Position numbers and translations under genes: made by a program | Notes under the pieces: generated by a model | Seen by the model: only the letters and a program-made list of their open reading frames with translations | The model's database searches: none | Told to the model about the DNA's origin: nothing | Source of the DNA: Antedon mediterranea | Taxonomy: Eukaryota > Animalia > Echinodermata | Reading direction: 5' to 3' | NCBI RefSeq assembly: GCF_964355755.1 | Contig: NC_092679.1 | Span: 4,742,201 to 4,806,200, forward strand | Length of the DNA stretch: 64,000 nucleotides | Shown here: positions 13,101-28,100 of the stretch, piece after piece | Numbering within the stretch: position 1 is the stretch's first letter | Layout: every line of letters begins with the position of its first letter

Positions 13101-16100
13101 GTTGTGGGTAGGTAAACAGAGCAGTGTGGACAGCGATCGAAATTAAATTATGCCAGATACAATTACGGCCAAAATAGCAGAAAAACAATGTATTAAAGGG
13201 CGGTGTATGTGTTTATGTACCACAAAGGTGGGAAGCAAAAAAAAAGTCTTCAGTTTTTCGGGCAAATAGTACTAGGTTGTTTAAAAGTTATGCCAGGTGC
13301 ATTGGTGCATATGCTGTAGAATTGCGCTTTTTAAATTATGCCAGATTATGCAAGATTTTCGAAAATTATGCCTAGCATAAATGCTAGATGCCAGATAGCA
13401 TAATTATGCCAGATTTGGCTACTATGAAAGGGAGTTGTGGGTAGGTGAAGGGAGTTGTGGGTAGGTGAAGGGAGTTGTGGGTAGGTGAAGGAAGTTGTGG
13501 GTAGGTGAAGAAAGTTGTGGGTAGGTGAAGAAAGTTGTGGGTAGGTGAAGAAAGTTGTGGGTAGGTGAAGAAAGTTGTGGGTAGGTGAAGAAAGTTGTGG
13601 GTAGGTGAAGAAAGTTGTGGGTAGGTGAAGGCAGTTGTGGGTAGGTGAAGGGAGTTGTGGGTAGGTGAAGGGAGTTGTGGGTAGGTGAAGGGAGTTGTGG
13701 GTAGGTGGAGGGAGTTGTGGGTAGGTGGAGGGAGTTGTGGGTAGGTGGAGGGAGTTGTGGGTAGGTGAAGGAAGTTGTGGGTAGGTGAAGGGAGTTGTGG
13801 GTAGGTGAAGGGAGTTGTGGGTAGGTAAAACAAAAACTTGCAGGTAGGTATACAAACTTGTGTGTACAGTAGGTAATAGGAATTGTTGGTAGGTAATAAA
13901 TTATATACAACAATTTACAGTACCTAAAGTCTGCATAAATAATAATTCTGTACATTAAATTTCTAACTGCTAACATGATGCTCTGTGAGGTCAAATGTCA
14001 GATATGTGTAATAAAAATATTATTCCAGATAATAAATCCACATTTCATAATAAAGTGAAATCAATAAGCCAATTTTCCATTCGGCCAAGGTCACAATGGT
14101 TTACATATAATTTAAAAACATCATATGATTTCACTAGCTAGGTCAATACTGAGAAATACATGGGATTTATTAATAAATCCTTTAATCTGTTTCCGGATGG
14201 CTAAGCTCAAACAATAAAAAACTAATTATTAGGCCTTGTACTAATTTTGTTTTGCAAATAAAAGGTAGTTTAATGTTCACGTCAATTCACTAGCAGACAT
14301 GCAATTTTCTAGCAAAAATTAATTTGATTTTAGCAGACAAGGGATTATCAAGGCCTAGGTGTGCCCTAACAAACAGATATAACCCTCCTTTGGGACACCC
14401 CTATTCTGAGGGCAATTTACTGTGAAACAAATTGGGTAAAATAAATGTCTCAACACTACAGCAAACCACTAATCAGAGGATGCCCTATTGAAACTTTAAA
14501 CTTATTTTGTGTGGGTATATATTATATAAGCTAATTTGCCTCATTGTGACCCACAGTCAGTTGTGCTTCCAAGCCCAGAATGGTATTAACATCCTTTTTT
14601 GACCAATACTTGTCCAATTTTCCAGTGATTTAATTCTTAAGCTAACGAAGTGCTTTCTAAGTTTCAAACCCTTCTTCATTACAGGCTTATATATTTTCAT
14701 ATTATGTCCACGGGTGACTATTAATAAGACATTGTTTCGTTCTCCTTAATAAGGGTTTTACTTTATATGGGAAACAAAGACTATTTTATCACTATAGACG
14801 ATAAATGAGCTGAGCTGGACTGGAGCGGTTTTATTGACCTTAATCCAAGAAAGATAATTAAATTGACACATGCACACAACGTTTCAAAACCACAAGTAGC
14901 ATCGTGAATAATTGCCGTTCCATTTTTTTTCAAAATCACATGAAAAATCGAAGTTTAATTCAATTTCTTTGTTTATATCCTTGTTTTAAATTAATGATAC
15001 CAGCAAAAATTAGTAAAATAGGCCAAATGCCAACAGTAGGCCGTAATGGTGTATTTAAAAATATCTAACTAATCATATGAACAGAAGAATCCTGTTTGAA
15101 GAGACAGACATTTCTAAGATGCGATTAAAATTTAACAAAGCAGGAAAACCATGCCGCGCCATTGAAGCCACGGAGAATCGGTTATAACGAAGACACATCC
15201 TGTTTACAGTGTAATTTAGGAAACATTACACTGTAAAAAATTACAATTTTGGAAAAAATTCAAAGAAAATGTAATTGAGTATGTGCAACATAGAAATAAT
15301 AACCTTGAATAGGCTCGTCTTTTTGCATTGTGTGCAATTGCAGGTGTTACCATGTTTGTTTTTTTTTGGGGGTGCTGTAGGTCTTTTTAGGAATGTGTTA
15401 AGTGATTGATCACACTCCCACGTCGCAAAACGAAAGCCCTGATAGAATACTAGAGTAAATACTAACCTCCGATTCAGCCAGCTTGGTGGTATTTGGCTTC
15501 AGGTAGAATATCAACCCGTCTTTGGCCCCTTCAAGCGTGACGGCACGGATCATCAAGATGGTGAGCAGCACGTATGGAAATGTGGCGGTAAAGTACACCA
15601 CCTGAAAGTGGTAACAGAAACGCAAGTTAATAAAACGTTCATAATCGACGGAAAAACTTAAAATAAATAAAATGACATGAGAAGAATTGATGACCTAAAA
15701 ATGAGAAGCTTAGTGAATACAATTAAATAAACAACTTTAAATTTGTATTGAGAATTAGATAGAAACATGCAAATCGGTGCACTTAATTAGGAAATATACG
15801 ACAAACGCGTCGTAAATCCTATTTAGCATTTCACCTGGTTACTGTATTAAAATCACCACTGATGAAAATCCATAATATGAATATATTTTATATCACTGGA
15901 CTTCATCTCCATGCAAATTAAATATATAAAATATATAGCATGGATAAATAAATAAGTAAGCAATTATCATCAATAATATTCATAGACATTCATAGCCAGT
16001 AAATGTAATGTATGTTTTTACACCCACAGTCTACGTATACGTTTTACAGTCAAAACCGTCGAGTCACATAAAAAATCTGTTTTTCTAGCGATGATATCTG

Positions 16101-19100
16101 GAAATTATGTTTTGATATCTTATCCGGAAGATGAACTTGACCACCAGAGTGCTTCCTACCAAGATTTATTTTATCGACATTGGTTGTTGGTCCGGCTAGG
16201 CTATTTTTTTTTTAGTCTGGTCAGGTCAGCTTTCGATCTGGCTAGGCTGTCAGTCCGGCCAGGTCAAGTTTGCTCAGACTTTCAATCTCGTAAGCTTTTA
16301 GTCCGGCCAGGTCATGTTTTTTGGTCTGGTTTAGTTTTTGGTCTGGTTTAGACTTTGGTCTGGCTAAAGCGATTTTTACTATGATTTGGCTAGCCTATTT
16401 TACAACACAGTATCTTCTATTCAGGTTGGTTACTCTTGTTTAAATCATCAAATTAGTTTTGCCATAGACAATTCTTCATTCCAATTCAACCAGGCTGTAA
16501 CATGTTCTCATGTATTGACATCATTCTGCAAGCAAACTATATTCTTCCACATCAATCTGTCGACCATTCTTGCAATACACTACTAATGCTAATTTAACGA
16601 TTTTACCAGTTATTCGTCCATCTCTGGTTAATAACTAAAACTTCTAGAAGTGATCGCGCCATCCCTCAAATTTCGTTGACAGACACGACCAATGCCCACT
16701 TTACCTGCGCACCACATTACTACCAAAGCGTACAAAATCGCGCCAGAAAATTTTGCTGTAAAATAACAGAGAAATTGGTGAGTGCCCAAACATGTAAAAT
16801 GTTACTAATGTCTTGATACACAAGAAAAATAAAGGGATAGGAAGATTTAAAGGAATATACTCAATTGAGAAGCGTCTTACAAAGTCTTTTGAATGAATGT
16901 AACATAATTTAACACAAACTTGGTTCTGTGTACTGTAAAGTAGAATGTGAAGTTTAGCCGTTCCTCTATAACCACTAGTTCAGTCATAAGCAGAGTCAAA
17001 GGTCGTAAAGCTGTGAAATAGAATGTACTTGGACATATACTGTACACTGCTACGGTCATCCAGCAAGCCTATCTGCACACCGATGATTTTAACTGAAAAT
17101 GATCTTATTATTATTAATTACTGTTTTTATAGGTTATCGTTATGTGGTTAGATTTAAACAACGTAAACATTGATACCGCTGGTCTGGTGGTCGTCGGTGG
17201 GTGTGGTACTGTAGATTGTTGCCAGACCTATATAAAATAGAAAGCTGTCCTCTGTGTGGTTCTGTAAGGTAAACTGCTTTATGAAAAAAGTCACTTACCG
17301 TTAGAAACAGCATAGAATCCAGATGAGATGGTCTAGAAGAACATTGCCATTCTGGCACTGTATTGTGCACTTAATGCACATACTTGTACCTCCTCTGCCA
17401 GACACCTGTGTAGCCTAAGTAAATCAGTGGAACACCTGTGTAGCTAAGTAAATCAGTACGTAAAATCAGAGCTAGATAACACACACTCCTCCAAAATGTG
17501 AAAAAGAGAAAAAAAAACCTACACTGAATAAATAAATAAACAAATAAAGACAAATTAAGAAGAGCCCAAAAAAACATTTCTTCAGAAAATAAACGTCTTA
17601 TCTATTTGTAATAAAACCAGTAACGGTCATCTATGTTCCAAACACTAACTACATGTGATTGTTTGTAGCTAATGATCATTAAATTCTGCTAACTTTCGTC
17701 TGCTTCCTTTCTTGCTGCGTCAGCTCTTTTCGATGCTATCAGGAAGACCTTCAAGAAAACAAAGAAGAAGCCATCATCATAAGACCTCTACATAATTCTT
17801 CTTAAAGATCCTTGTTCAGCAGCTGGCATCTTCAATGCGAGTAGGCGATGTCTTCCAGCAATGTACTTGCAGGACTCCTCTCAACAACGTCTTTTTTCAG
17901 CATGTGTTCCTCAGCAGTCTTGAATCATAGAAACTATTTAAAAGCTAATCAGGGCATCTTCTCCAACTAATCTCTTACGACTCTATTCATCGTCACCCTC
18001 CAATCTAGACTAGAAACTACGTATTACAAAAAAAACGGTCCTTAGATTAGTAAAATTGTAACTAAGCTAAATCCTTTTCATTTTTTGTTATCCGCATCAA
18101 GCAATTTTATATTTAATGGCTGCGATGGCAGAAAAACAGGAATATTCCTATCCTATACAGTGTCTATAAAACCTGAAACTATTCTTGCGATATTTAATTC
18201 TTTTACCTAAATAAATGTTCATGTCCCCTAAAAAAACTATTCTAGTCCTCACCCTTCCATCTCTTTGGAACAGACGGCTGTACTTACATTTTGGTCCCAT
18301 CTGAGGTAGTACTAACTCTTTAATAAAAAGACCCATCCAAGATTAACATGCTACATTTATAGCAAGCATGATTAGTCATGTACAGTTTTATGTTAACTTA
18401 TTAGTTTTAGATGCAGTTCTTTAAAAAAAGTTTAGTAAACCCAAAATTTATATTCATCATTCCTTTATATAAAACAAGCATGATGATTTCTGGCTAACTG
18501 TTTGACTTCTTTAAAGTTCTGTTGTTGTTATTTGTTTATAACTAAAGTTTTAAGTTGTTTGATGATGGTTAAATAATTTAACGGAACATCTTTTAGAATG
18601 AAGATACAGGGCACATAACACATCTGAAGAAGTGACAACCAAATATTAATTACATAATGCCTATCTTCTAATGTATATATTATTATTTCTCCCTAAATTT
18701 TCCATCAATAAAGACCTAAAATTAAACCCAACCACCAAATACATATTTTATAAACAAATTACCTCACAACAAACAGCAAACAGAAAAAATAAATAAACAA
18801 ACAAAATTTGGAGGAGTATGCATATAAAAAAAAGTTGCTCTGATATAAACCCTAGGAAGGTAGCAATAGAGTAAATAAGAATAGAGACATAACAATGTAC
18901 AATTTAGTTAAAAATTATTATACTCATCTCAATACGACTTTCAATTGGGCAAAGTTTAACAATCTTAACCTATCACATCATTAGATTCTTCACTTTGTTT
19001 ATTATTTTTGAAACCAAAGTTGTAAATTCGTTCATTTTCATTTCTTTCTTCCATCCATTTGTAAATACAGTTTTTAAATATCTTTGGTATAATTAAGTTT

Positions 19101-22100
19101 TTTTAATTCTTTTTTTTTTATTTGCTTGATGTGACAGATTAGAATGGCTCAACCGATCCTTTATTATTGATTTAATAAATATATTAAAATGGTTTTTTTT
19201 TCTCCATACCAAATTAAAAATTATATCATATTCTCAGAAACTGAACACATTTTGAGGTGTTTTTTTTAAAGGACAGATTGACGGCAACAATGCACAACTG
19301 AAACTGAGATGTAGCGATGTAATTATAATTAGTTGATGGGAGACAAATGGTTTACCTTTCCAGTACTCTTGACCCCCTTCCAGATACAGAAATAGATGAT
19401 TACCCAAGCGAGGAAAAGACATCCTACCATCTCCCAATTCATACCACCGAGATCATCAAATCCTTCCGATAAGTGGATCTTTAAAACCTTACGCCTACAA
19501 AAAAAAAAATCATTAATAATGAGTAATATACTAATTTACATAATAGTCATGTGGTATAGTAACATTCACAACAAAGAGAGCCACGCCCAATTTATGTTAG
19601 AACTCAACAAAGGAATGTAGTCGTAGTCGTACGCAATGTTGAAGATAAAGTTAATTATGTTGAAGACAAAAATATGTTGAATCATGTATAAATTTACAGG
19701 CATAAGGGAACTACAGTATATAAACATTTATTTAAAAAAGTTAATATTATTAAAGAAAAATATAAATAATAAGTAAAGTGTATACTGTAGTAGTATTTTA
19801 GCTATGCCTGGCATAGCACAAAAGCACAAGAAAACTATGTTTTCTACTAGAAGAAAATTGATACTGCAGATTGATAAGCGTTTATGCTATTATTAACATC
19901 ATTTTTCAGTCTGATTAGATTAGAAACCTACTAGTTAATAAATACAGTAGAGTAATATACAAATCTAACAGACAACGTATAGATACATGATTTTTTGTTT
20001 AGTTTGGGTGACGTTTCCGCTTGCTTGCAGCTGTAAAGAGATATTCAGAAAATGGCTAAAGAGGAAGTCAATGGGTTTATTTTTATTTAGGGAATGCTTG
20101 CTGTATCCTGACTAATACCAGTTGAGCAAATGTCAAGATTCTAAAAATGTGCAAGGAATTTGAAGAATTTGCCTAAAGAGAAATATCAAATACCATGTAG
20201 ATATTTCTGATGATGTCATCCAGTCAGTCCAATGCACTTTCTTGCTGTTTTACATCATATATTGAGCAAAAAGAATGTAATGTAAGGAAGTGTTGATGTT
20301 ATTTTTGAATGGAAATAGAATATGCAGTATGCAGTATGGACTCCATTAAGAAACAAGATATTATCAAAGAACATTCATTCAATTCCAATTGAAGGACAGG
20401 TACAACAGCACTGTACAAATATATTAAAATACACTGAGTGAAATTATTACAGAAAATACTACACTATTTAATAATTACTGTTGACTCCCTCAAAACCGTA
20501 AACTCTCCAAATACCAGACTTTTCTTGAGGTCCAAAATGTCCCAAATTGTTCCCATTGAAACACATTCTGAATACCAGAGTTTCGGGAAAACCAGACATA
20601 CAGTATTTGGTGTTTAGTATTGGGATAGTTGTCTGTAGTTATACAGTACTAGGCACAGAATGGGTTTTAAAACAGTACAAGGCTATTTTGCTTGCCCAGA
20701 CTATAATATAAGTACTCTTTTTAATAGCCCACAAAGTCTTTTAGAAACTTGATCCTAAATGTTATACAGTACTCAGGATTAAGGCGATAAAACTAGCATG
20801 GAAAAATAATTATAATGCGATGAATAACAAATTAAGTTACACAATGTCAAGAGCAAATGTCACCATCTCTTCCTACTTCAATCAAGATTAGATACCAGAC
20901 TTCAAACCACACCATATATGCTTCTTGTTTACAACATACCAAATTAGGACAATTACTCTCAAAAATATTAATCATATGTAAATTGTATGCAATCACATGA
21001 TCTCTTTTACAGCTTTCACAAACCACAATTGCAATCTAGCAGCCTACAAAACGGCTTTCTTTCATTAGCACAAGGAATACAATATTGGGAATTGATAATG
21101 AATATTAATGAGATGCAAATTTAAGGTAGCTTCTTATGATAATGAGGGCTTTAAGTAATCTTTATCTACTCTGAATCATGGTAGGTGTGCCATCTGGAAT
21201 TTAAAGATGGTTCTAGATACATTTACTCACGTAGTCGGCATTCAAATACTGTAGGAAATTTGTTGATTAATAAATCAATGAAAAATTAAAGGAATATTTA
21301 TCTATAGGCATTTATTAGGCTAGTAGTAGTAGTTAAATGTTGATAATTTACTATATTTTAAATTCATAATTAAAATATAGATATAGTATCACAACAGTCT
21401 ATTTGAAACAATGAAATGTGTTATGACTGGACATCATAATTATATCATATCAAAATTTACATCAGAAGATATTTTTATTGCATTATTAAAATAAATACAG
21501 CTCTACTGTAGTAATAACAGTGCTTGATAATAAAAGCATGCATTAAAAAATTCCATTTCAGCTGCATATATTATACAGACATAAGTGTTTGATCACATGC
21601 ACATTCTTTGCTTTGCTATTGGTCACTGATATCAGAGGACATCTTAAAATTTAATTGCTTCCATATCAAGTACAAGGACAAGAGAGTCACCATTGGCATT
21701 AGGTACTGTATTGAAATTAGAAATTGACCTTGACAAAAGACAATGAAAACTTGTTAAAGAGGGAAATTATATAATACAATTAGTAAAAAAGAACATGTGA
21801 ATTTTTCTTCAGTCTCAGTTGGATTGAACCTAATATATTTTAATCGCATTCCATATTATTTCAGTCTCAATTTTTTTATTCATATTCTTATGAATGAAAT
21901 CAAGCTTTCTTTACATTTTCATTAAATTAAAATAATAATATATTCAGTTATAATAACTTAGATCAACAATTCTACATAACAAACATGTTGTAGCCATCGT
22001 CGTCGTTATATGTTAAAGAGAAAATGCTGTACACGTATAGCAGAATATTTATTCCCGCATGATACCATGGAAATTACGCATAATTATATCTGTTAAAAAG

Positions 22101-25100
22101 CTTTCTGCGTAGGAGGTAAAATAATGCAAAGAACGAATACATTAATTGAGAGTGGATCAGTAAAAAATGATAATATAATAATTATAATAATTAATGTAAT
22201 TTTTAAAAAAAATGTTTAATAATAATAGGCAAAATATCATCAATAGAAATAACTGATAATGAAAAGAAAACAAGCAGAAAATTAAGGTGTATCAAGTTAC
22301 TGGCAAAAAGACAACAAAACCCAAAACCAAATTTATGAATGTTCATATTGATTCAGGCGGAGAAAATGTAATTGAGAATTGGATTTCATGTAGTAAATAG
22401 TTTTTCAGACGCTGTGGTGTAGACCAATCAAATGTTTACCCAACCAAGCACATTAATAATCAATGGTGCATGATGGAAAATTCCTACTCAACTGCAATGT
22501 ATGATGGGAATACAGCATGATGGGAAGACATCATCACTGAAAAATTTCTTCTGTTTATAAATTCAACAACAAAAAGATGCCAACGTTGCTAGCAACGTTG
22601 ATAAATGAAACTATTGATTGTTGTTGCTTTTGTGAGTTTTAGTCGGAAGAATTGTATTGTCTAAATTGATGCTTAAATTATTAAAAGATGGATGAATTAT
22701 TATTTCTTCAAGCGTACAGGGTAACGACATTGTTTTTTGTTACCAAAAAAGACCACCGCTATCAATATTAATTTTTAAACAATAAATAAAGAACATGAAG
22801 AGTATGATGTTCAAAGTACAAAATGCTGGGCACGGTGCCAAAAGATAGCTTCAGCATAAAAAAAATGACTAGATCAGACAGCCGCTGTCGTGAACAGACG
22901 GATGAGCGCTAAAAATTGGCAGCACTGACATTATCCTTGGGGGCTGGGAGACGCATGTAGTTTAATAGTGTAATCTAAGTCCACAGCGCCATGAGCAATG
23001 AATGGTGTGAAAAAATCAAAAATATTATTATATTGATAATAAAATATAACCCTTTGCAACATTGATAATCATGGCCATTGGCACTTTTATGAATATAAAT
23101 AAATATTTTAATATAGAAAAAATGCTTACTCCCAAAACTCTATGACCGCTGGCACTAATTTCGTTCCATTTACTTTGCCATCAATAATGGTATAGTTCTG
23201 ACCATCTATCTCAATAAGAGTTCCGTTTTCTTTCCGAACATCAGCGATCAGACTGAAGTTGGCGCAGTTAGGCGTGTTCCAGGAGTTGTCGCAGTGAGAC
23301 CACGGCAGCACCCGGGTAAACGACTTAAACATGTAGAATATGGCCCAGGCCAAGATGATGTTGTAATAGTAGTTCAGGAATTGAATAATTACAATACTTG
23401 CAACTCCAATACCTAAAAAGAAAAACACAATATTATTAGCACCATTACTAGGAAGAAAAGAGAGGAACAACTCCCAAGCTGCTGTACATTCACACCGAAC
23501 CCAAATCTTGTCCGGTTGTCGGATAAAAATCTGATGGTGTGACTAAAATTCAGTTCAACACGTTTGTGTGAACACAATGACCAAAAAACTAACATAGCCC
23601 GATCAATATACCGAATTAGGCCTCAGTGTGAACACAACATTAATGCAGAAATTAAATGAATGCAACAGAAAAAACAGGCACAAACCACATCGTAAAAAAC
23701 ATTTTTGTTTAGACCATAGAATAAAAAACTGGGAATACAAGTTTCTTATTCAGCCACTTTCAAAATAAAATTGTATGTGCTGTAATTAATATTCAGTTTA
23801 CATAATATGTTTAAAATATTATATTATATAATATAGAATATAACTGAATAAAATATTTAAGTGACTCAAGAATGAGATGTACACTGTAATGCGATTGGCT
23901 CACATAATATACTTGAATAAATAATGTTACTTTATTATAATATCCGATTTCAGCACATGTAATTCTCTGTCGCCATTATGAATTACTATACTCAAACATA
24001 ATGGTTCAATAAAATGCTTGCTAAAGATTTAGCCTGGCGACAACATTTCATATAATAACAATCGTCAGCCAATTGCAGCCTTTTATTGTTGAATTGAAGA
24101 AGCATTAGCAGAATTCTACAATTCAGATGTTTAAACAATTGTACAATGGGTAAAAAATGTTTGTGATATCCAGAGATGGCTTTGTTATTTAAACCTGTGT
24201 ACTACTGCCATTAAGCTCTGTCTACACTATCAAACTAGTTTGACAAAAAGGAGTGTGATGTACCCAAATATGGTGGCGATATACTTAAAATATATAGGCA
24301 CATCTTTTTTTTTTTTTCACATAAAGTTTGTAAAGTGTAGACAGAGCTTTAGTAACAAAATTAAACTTCATAAACATGCAATTCATCTATTTGATTGATT
24401 AACACCAATTTTATTCTAAAATGGAAAATGTTATTTATGCAAGCTTGTACGTTTTTAGTACATACTTAACTTATTCTGTATAATATACTAAAATACTTAA
24501 CAGGAAATCTAATACGCCAAACGCTAGCTCGGAAGAGCCCATTTGAAATATGGCTACAAGATCATAATTCTTTTCAATCTTACCTTTGAAAATGGGGCAA
24601 ATGGCCCAGCATGTAATACCACCTTGAGAGGTATACTGGCCCATAGCTACCTCCATGATGACCAGTGGAATACCACCAAACAGTAGACATGTGAAGTATG
24701 GTATTAGAAAGGCGCCTGAAAAATACAAATTTTCAAAATATTTATTTAATATTAACTTATACATTTATTTATTTTTATAAAAAAAATATGCTTTCTCCAT
24801 GGTTTCCATTTTTTTTTAAAGAGCTAAGTGTACACACCTTACACATATCAACGTATTAATTGTTACTGTGCATGAAGAATAAAAAAAAATTGAAACAATA
24901 CTATCAATAATTCATATCTACTACATAAAAATTAGTTTCTATTCTGTAGTATAATTTTGCACTATTACTGTCATATCTCTTATTCTAACTATAATAATGT
25001 TTTTGTTTCGGTCATATTGTTATAAACATAACCTTTCATCTAGAAACTGCTGCCTAAAAATTAAAACAAAAATTGAGGTGAAATTAATACATAGGCTTGA

Positions 25101-28100
25101 AATTGTCTAAATAATGTGTTTGGAGATTGAATATTCTACAATGATTAAGTGCAACAGAATATTAAAACCAGTATAATATTAAATAAATTAATATTTCACA
25201 ATCTTAATTAAAACTGTTTACATTAGGTAAATTCCATTAAATTTTTAACAAATAATTGATTCATTTCATGAACTGTAACAAATAAGTGAGAAAATATAAT
25301 AAACTAAACAGTGTCGCAAAATAAATTAGCAGCCTAAATTTTTAACTAATAAAAATATATTTTGGATAAGGAATATTTATGTTATAAATTAGGTTAAAAA
25401 TAATTCAATTACACAAGTATGTCTGTCTAAACTTAACCTTGTGTTAAATTATTACGTGCTTAAAATAGTTGCCAAGAACTATTGTGTGACAATTATCATA
25501 ATTGTACCATAGTTATTTACAACAACAGGATTTTTCTTTGTGACTTTCTATATTCTATTATAAATCTATATTATCAATCAATCAATCAATCTATTTGGAA
25601 ATTGCGCCTTTACATCGGTGGTGGTGCATCCATATTGAACACAATTAACATAAAATGACGGATACGAATACTTAAGCTAATTTAAATTAAAATTAGTACT
25701 ATATACTGTAGCAATATTTGTCTGACATGAGTTGATACATTTTAGTTAAATATATTTATATACATAAAGAGGAAGTAGCAAAGAATATAAATAGGTAAGA
25801 ATCAACAGTACGCGCGGTTATATAGAAGGATAGGAAACGCGGACGTGCTTTCATGGACGCGTAAGAATCCAGCAGCCGAACGACGGCGGGCTCTAGATAT
25901 GGTTCCCGTCTAATTCCACGTTTGGATGGATCGTGATGATCTGATGTGTTCTCGCGTCTGTGCTCTACTAATTTAGATATTATTAATATTTTGATAATCA
26001 TTTTGATAAATAATCATTGTTTGCATTTTTATAGATAGTTTTACCTTACCCACGCCTGAAGGTGGCGCACTTCTTCTAGCGAAAAAGAAGTGCGCCACCT
26101 TCAGGCGTAGGCAAATAGTAACCCGGATGTGGTTTTTATGCCGCCAACGGAACTGTTGTATCTTCTCCTTTTAATTATCTTTGGAAGTAGTAACAAAAAT
26201 AATTGTTGATGAGGATATTAAATTTATCATGATAGTTAATATATAATAATAATATAATACTGTATGTTCTAATATAATGGTATCAAAGCAGAAGATAGAT
26301 TCACTTGTACTTGTAGTATAACTTAATTAATTTACCATGTTTAGTAGGTCGTAATTTCTATGGAATTTTAAAAGGAAGGAAATGAATCCGGATGTGACCC
26401 AATAGATGTGCTCTTGTCTTTGCTAATCCATGGAATATTCCATATTCTTGATCGCTTCCTTTTTCTTGGCTTGCCTTATTTTCTTATCAAACAGATAGAG
26501 TAATTTATTAAATTGTGTTCTACTTAACAGTTTCGCCAAAAGGCATTTATTCACTGCAGTTTTCCCGAGTCTAAATAATTACCATTATATAATGGTAACA
26601 AGTGTAAAATTTAAAACATGCTGTTATCGCAATATCATATACACTACAGATTAAATACCAAAAAAGGTTCCATTTTTAAAAAAGCATCCTATTCAAATTG
26701 CCAATCGTTAAATATAAATTATGTTTACTAAAATTAATTAAAGTGAATTTCAGAATTAAAAATTAATGCGAATTTCTTTTTTTTTTATTTCTGTCCGAAA
26801 TATCAATTGTACTCTTTGCCCTCAAAAGGTCACCGTAAACCATTAATTCGATTAATGTTTTTTTTTTCTCTTTTGTGAGATTCACTCACCTTTATTTCAT
26901 ATTTTTTTTAAATCCTTTTTTTGAATAAATACATTTCTTTGTAATCAATCAGTTCCTGTTTCTTTTATTTTGTTTTTGCATAGAATATAATATAAACACC
27001 ACAGGCTTTAGTGTTTTGTAGGATAATTATAAGCAAATATGTCCGATTTGTAAAGTTATACTGTACCAGTAGAATTAGCTAAGCGGGATAGTGGTGCCTC
27101 ACAACAGGGATTAGCAAACGGTGGTAAATGCGAATGACTGAATACTGATGGAAAAACACCATCACAAGAACAATAGCAATTTCAAGGTTGGATGCAAATG
27201 GATTAGCTTACAGCAGGCACAATAGGCTTATTGTATGTATACAGTGTACTGTATTTCGTTGATAAAGCATGAAGGTATTCAATTGATAAAGCATGGACAA
27301 TGTTTGTTGGGAGTTCTTAGACAACAAAAGAATGGCTTTATTGGGAAAATGGAAGTAAAATGTATTCTTATGACTGGGCTGCGGATGGAGTGACAAGTTT
27401 TGCGGTACATTATATATTCATAGCCATAATATTGAATGTTCCATTTAAGTATTGGTTGGTTTTGTAGGGTGGGGAAGAATTTACCCCCTGTAGGGGGTTA
27501 TAACACATTAGTGCGAAATGAAAAGCAAAACAATTTGTTTGAAATTTCCAAAGTCCTACTAGTACTAGTAATAATACTAGAACTAGGGTATTAGTAGCAC
27601 AGGTCTAGGCTAGAGGGTACTATTAGTAAAGTATTACTAATAGTTTACTCTAGGCCTAGGCCGGATAACAAGTAGGCCTAGCTAGTACCATACATGCGTC
27701 AAAGAAAGGACCACAGCACTCCCCCAGCAGCAGAGTCAGGTCAGACAATTTTGGTAGCATAGCCATAGTAATAGTATAGTTAGTAGGCTGGATACTTACT
27801 AGCTGGGCCTAGCTAGTAGGCCCTCTAGTACATTTCACATTAAATTCAATCGATAATAAATAGAAATACATCAAAGAGCTTCAATAGAGCTCCTATGCTA
27901 ACGCAGCATTGTTTTGGGACGAGTAATTATCAATAAAAATGTGCTTTCATTTCTCAACAAACAAAGAAACATCGCGCGTGATTCGTGAAATAAAAATTAC
28001 TGTGTAAATCGTCGTCACAAACCTGTGACGTCATTAGTCACGCTTGACTGATTTAAGACTTTTCAGGTTACGTGTGAACAAACACCCATTTCAGAATTTC

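Noticed and set aside
13346-13994. Three long overlapping Pro/Thr-rich ORFs
   Set aside because: Artefacts of the stop-free 20-bp minisatellite inside SLC6 intron 5
17140-18000. Possible hidden exon or coding relic (donor-like CACTTAC near 17292; purine-rich minus strand at 17690-17990)
   Set aside because: Translations show stops and no recognisable family; SLC6 exons 4 and 5 join cleanly without it
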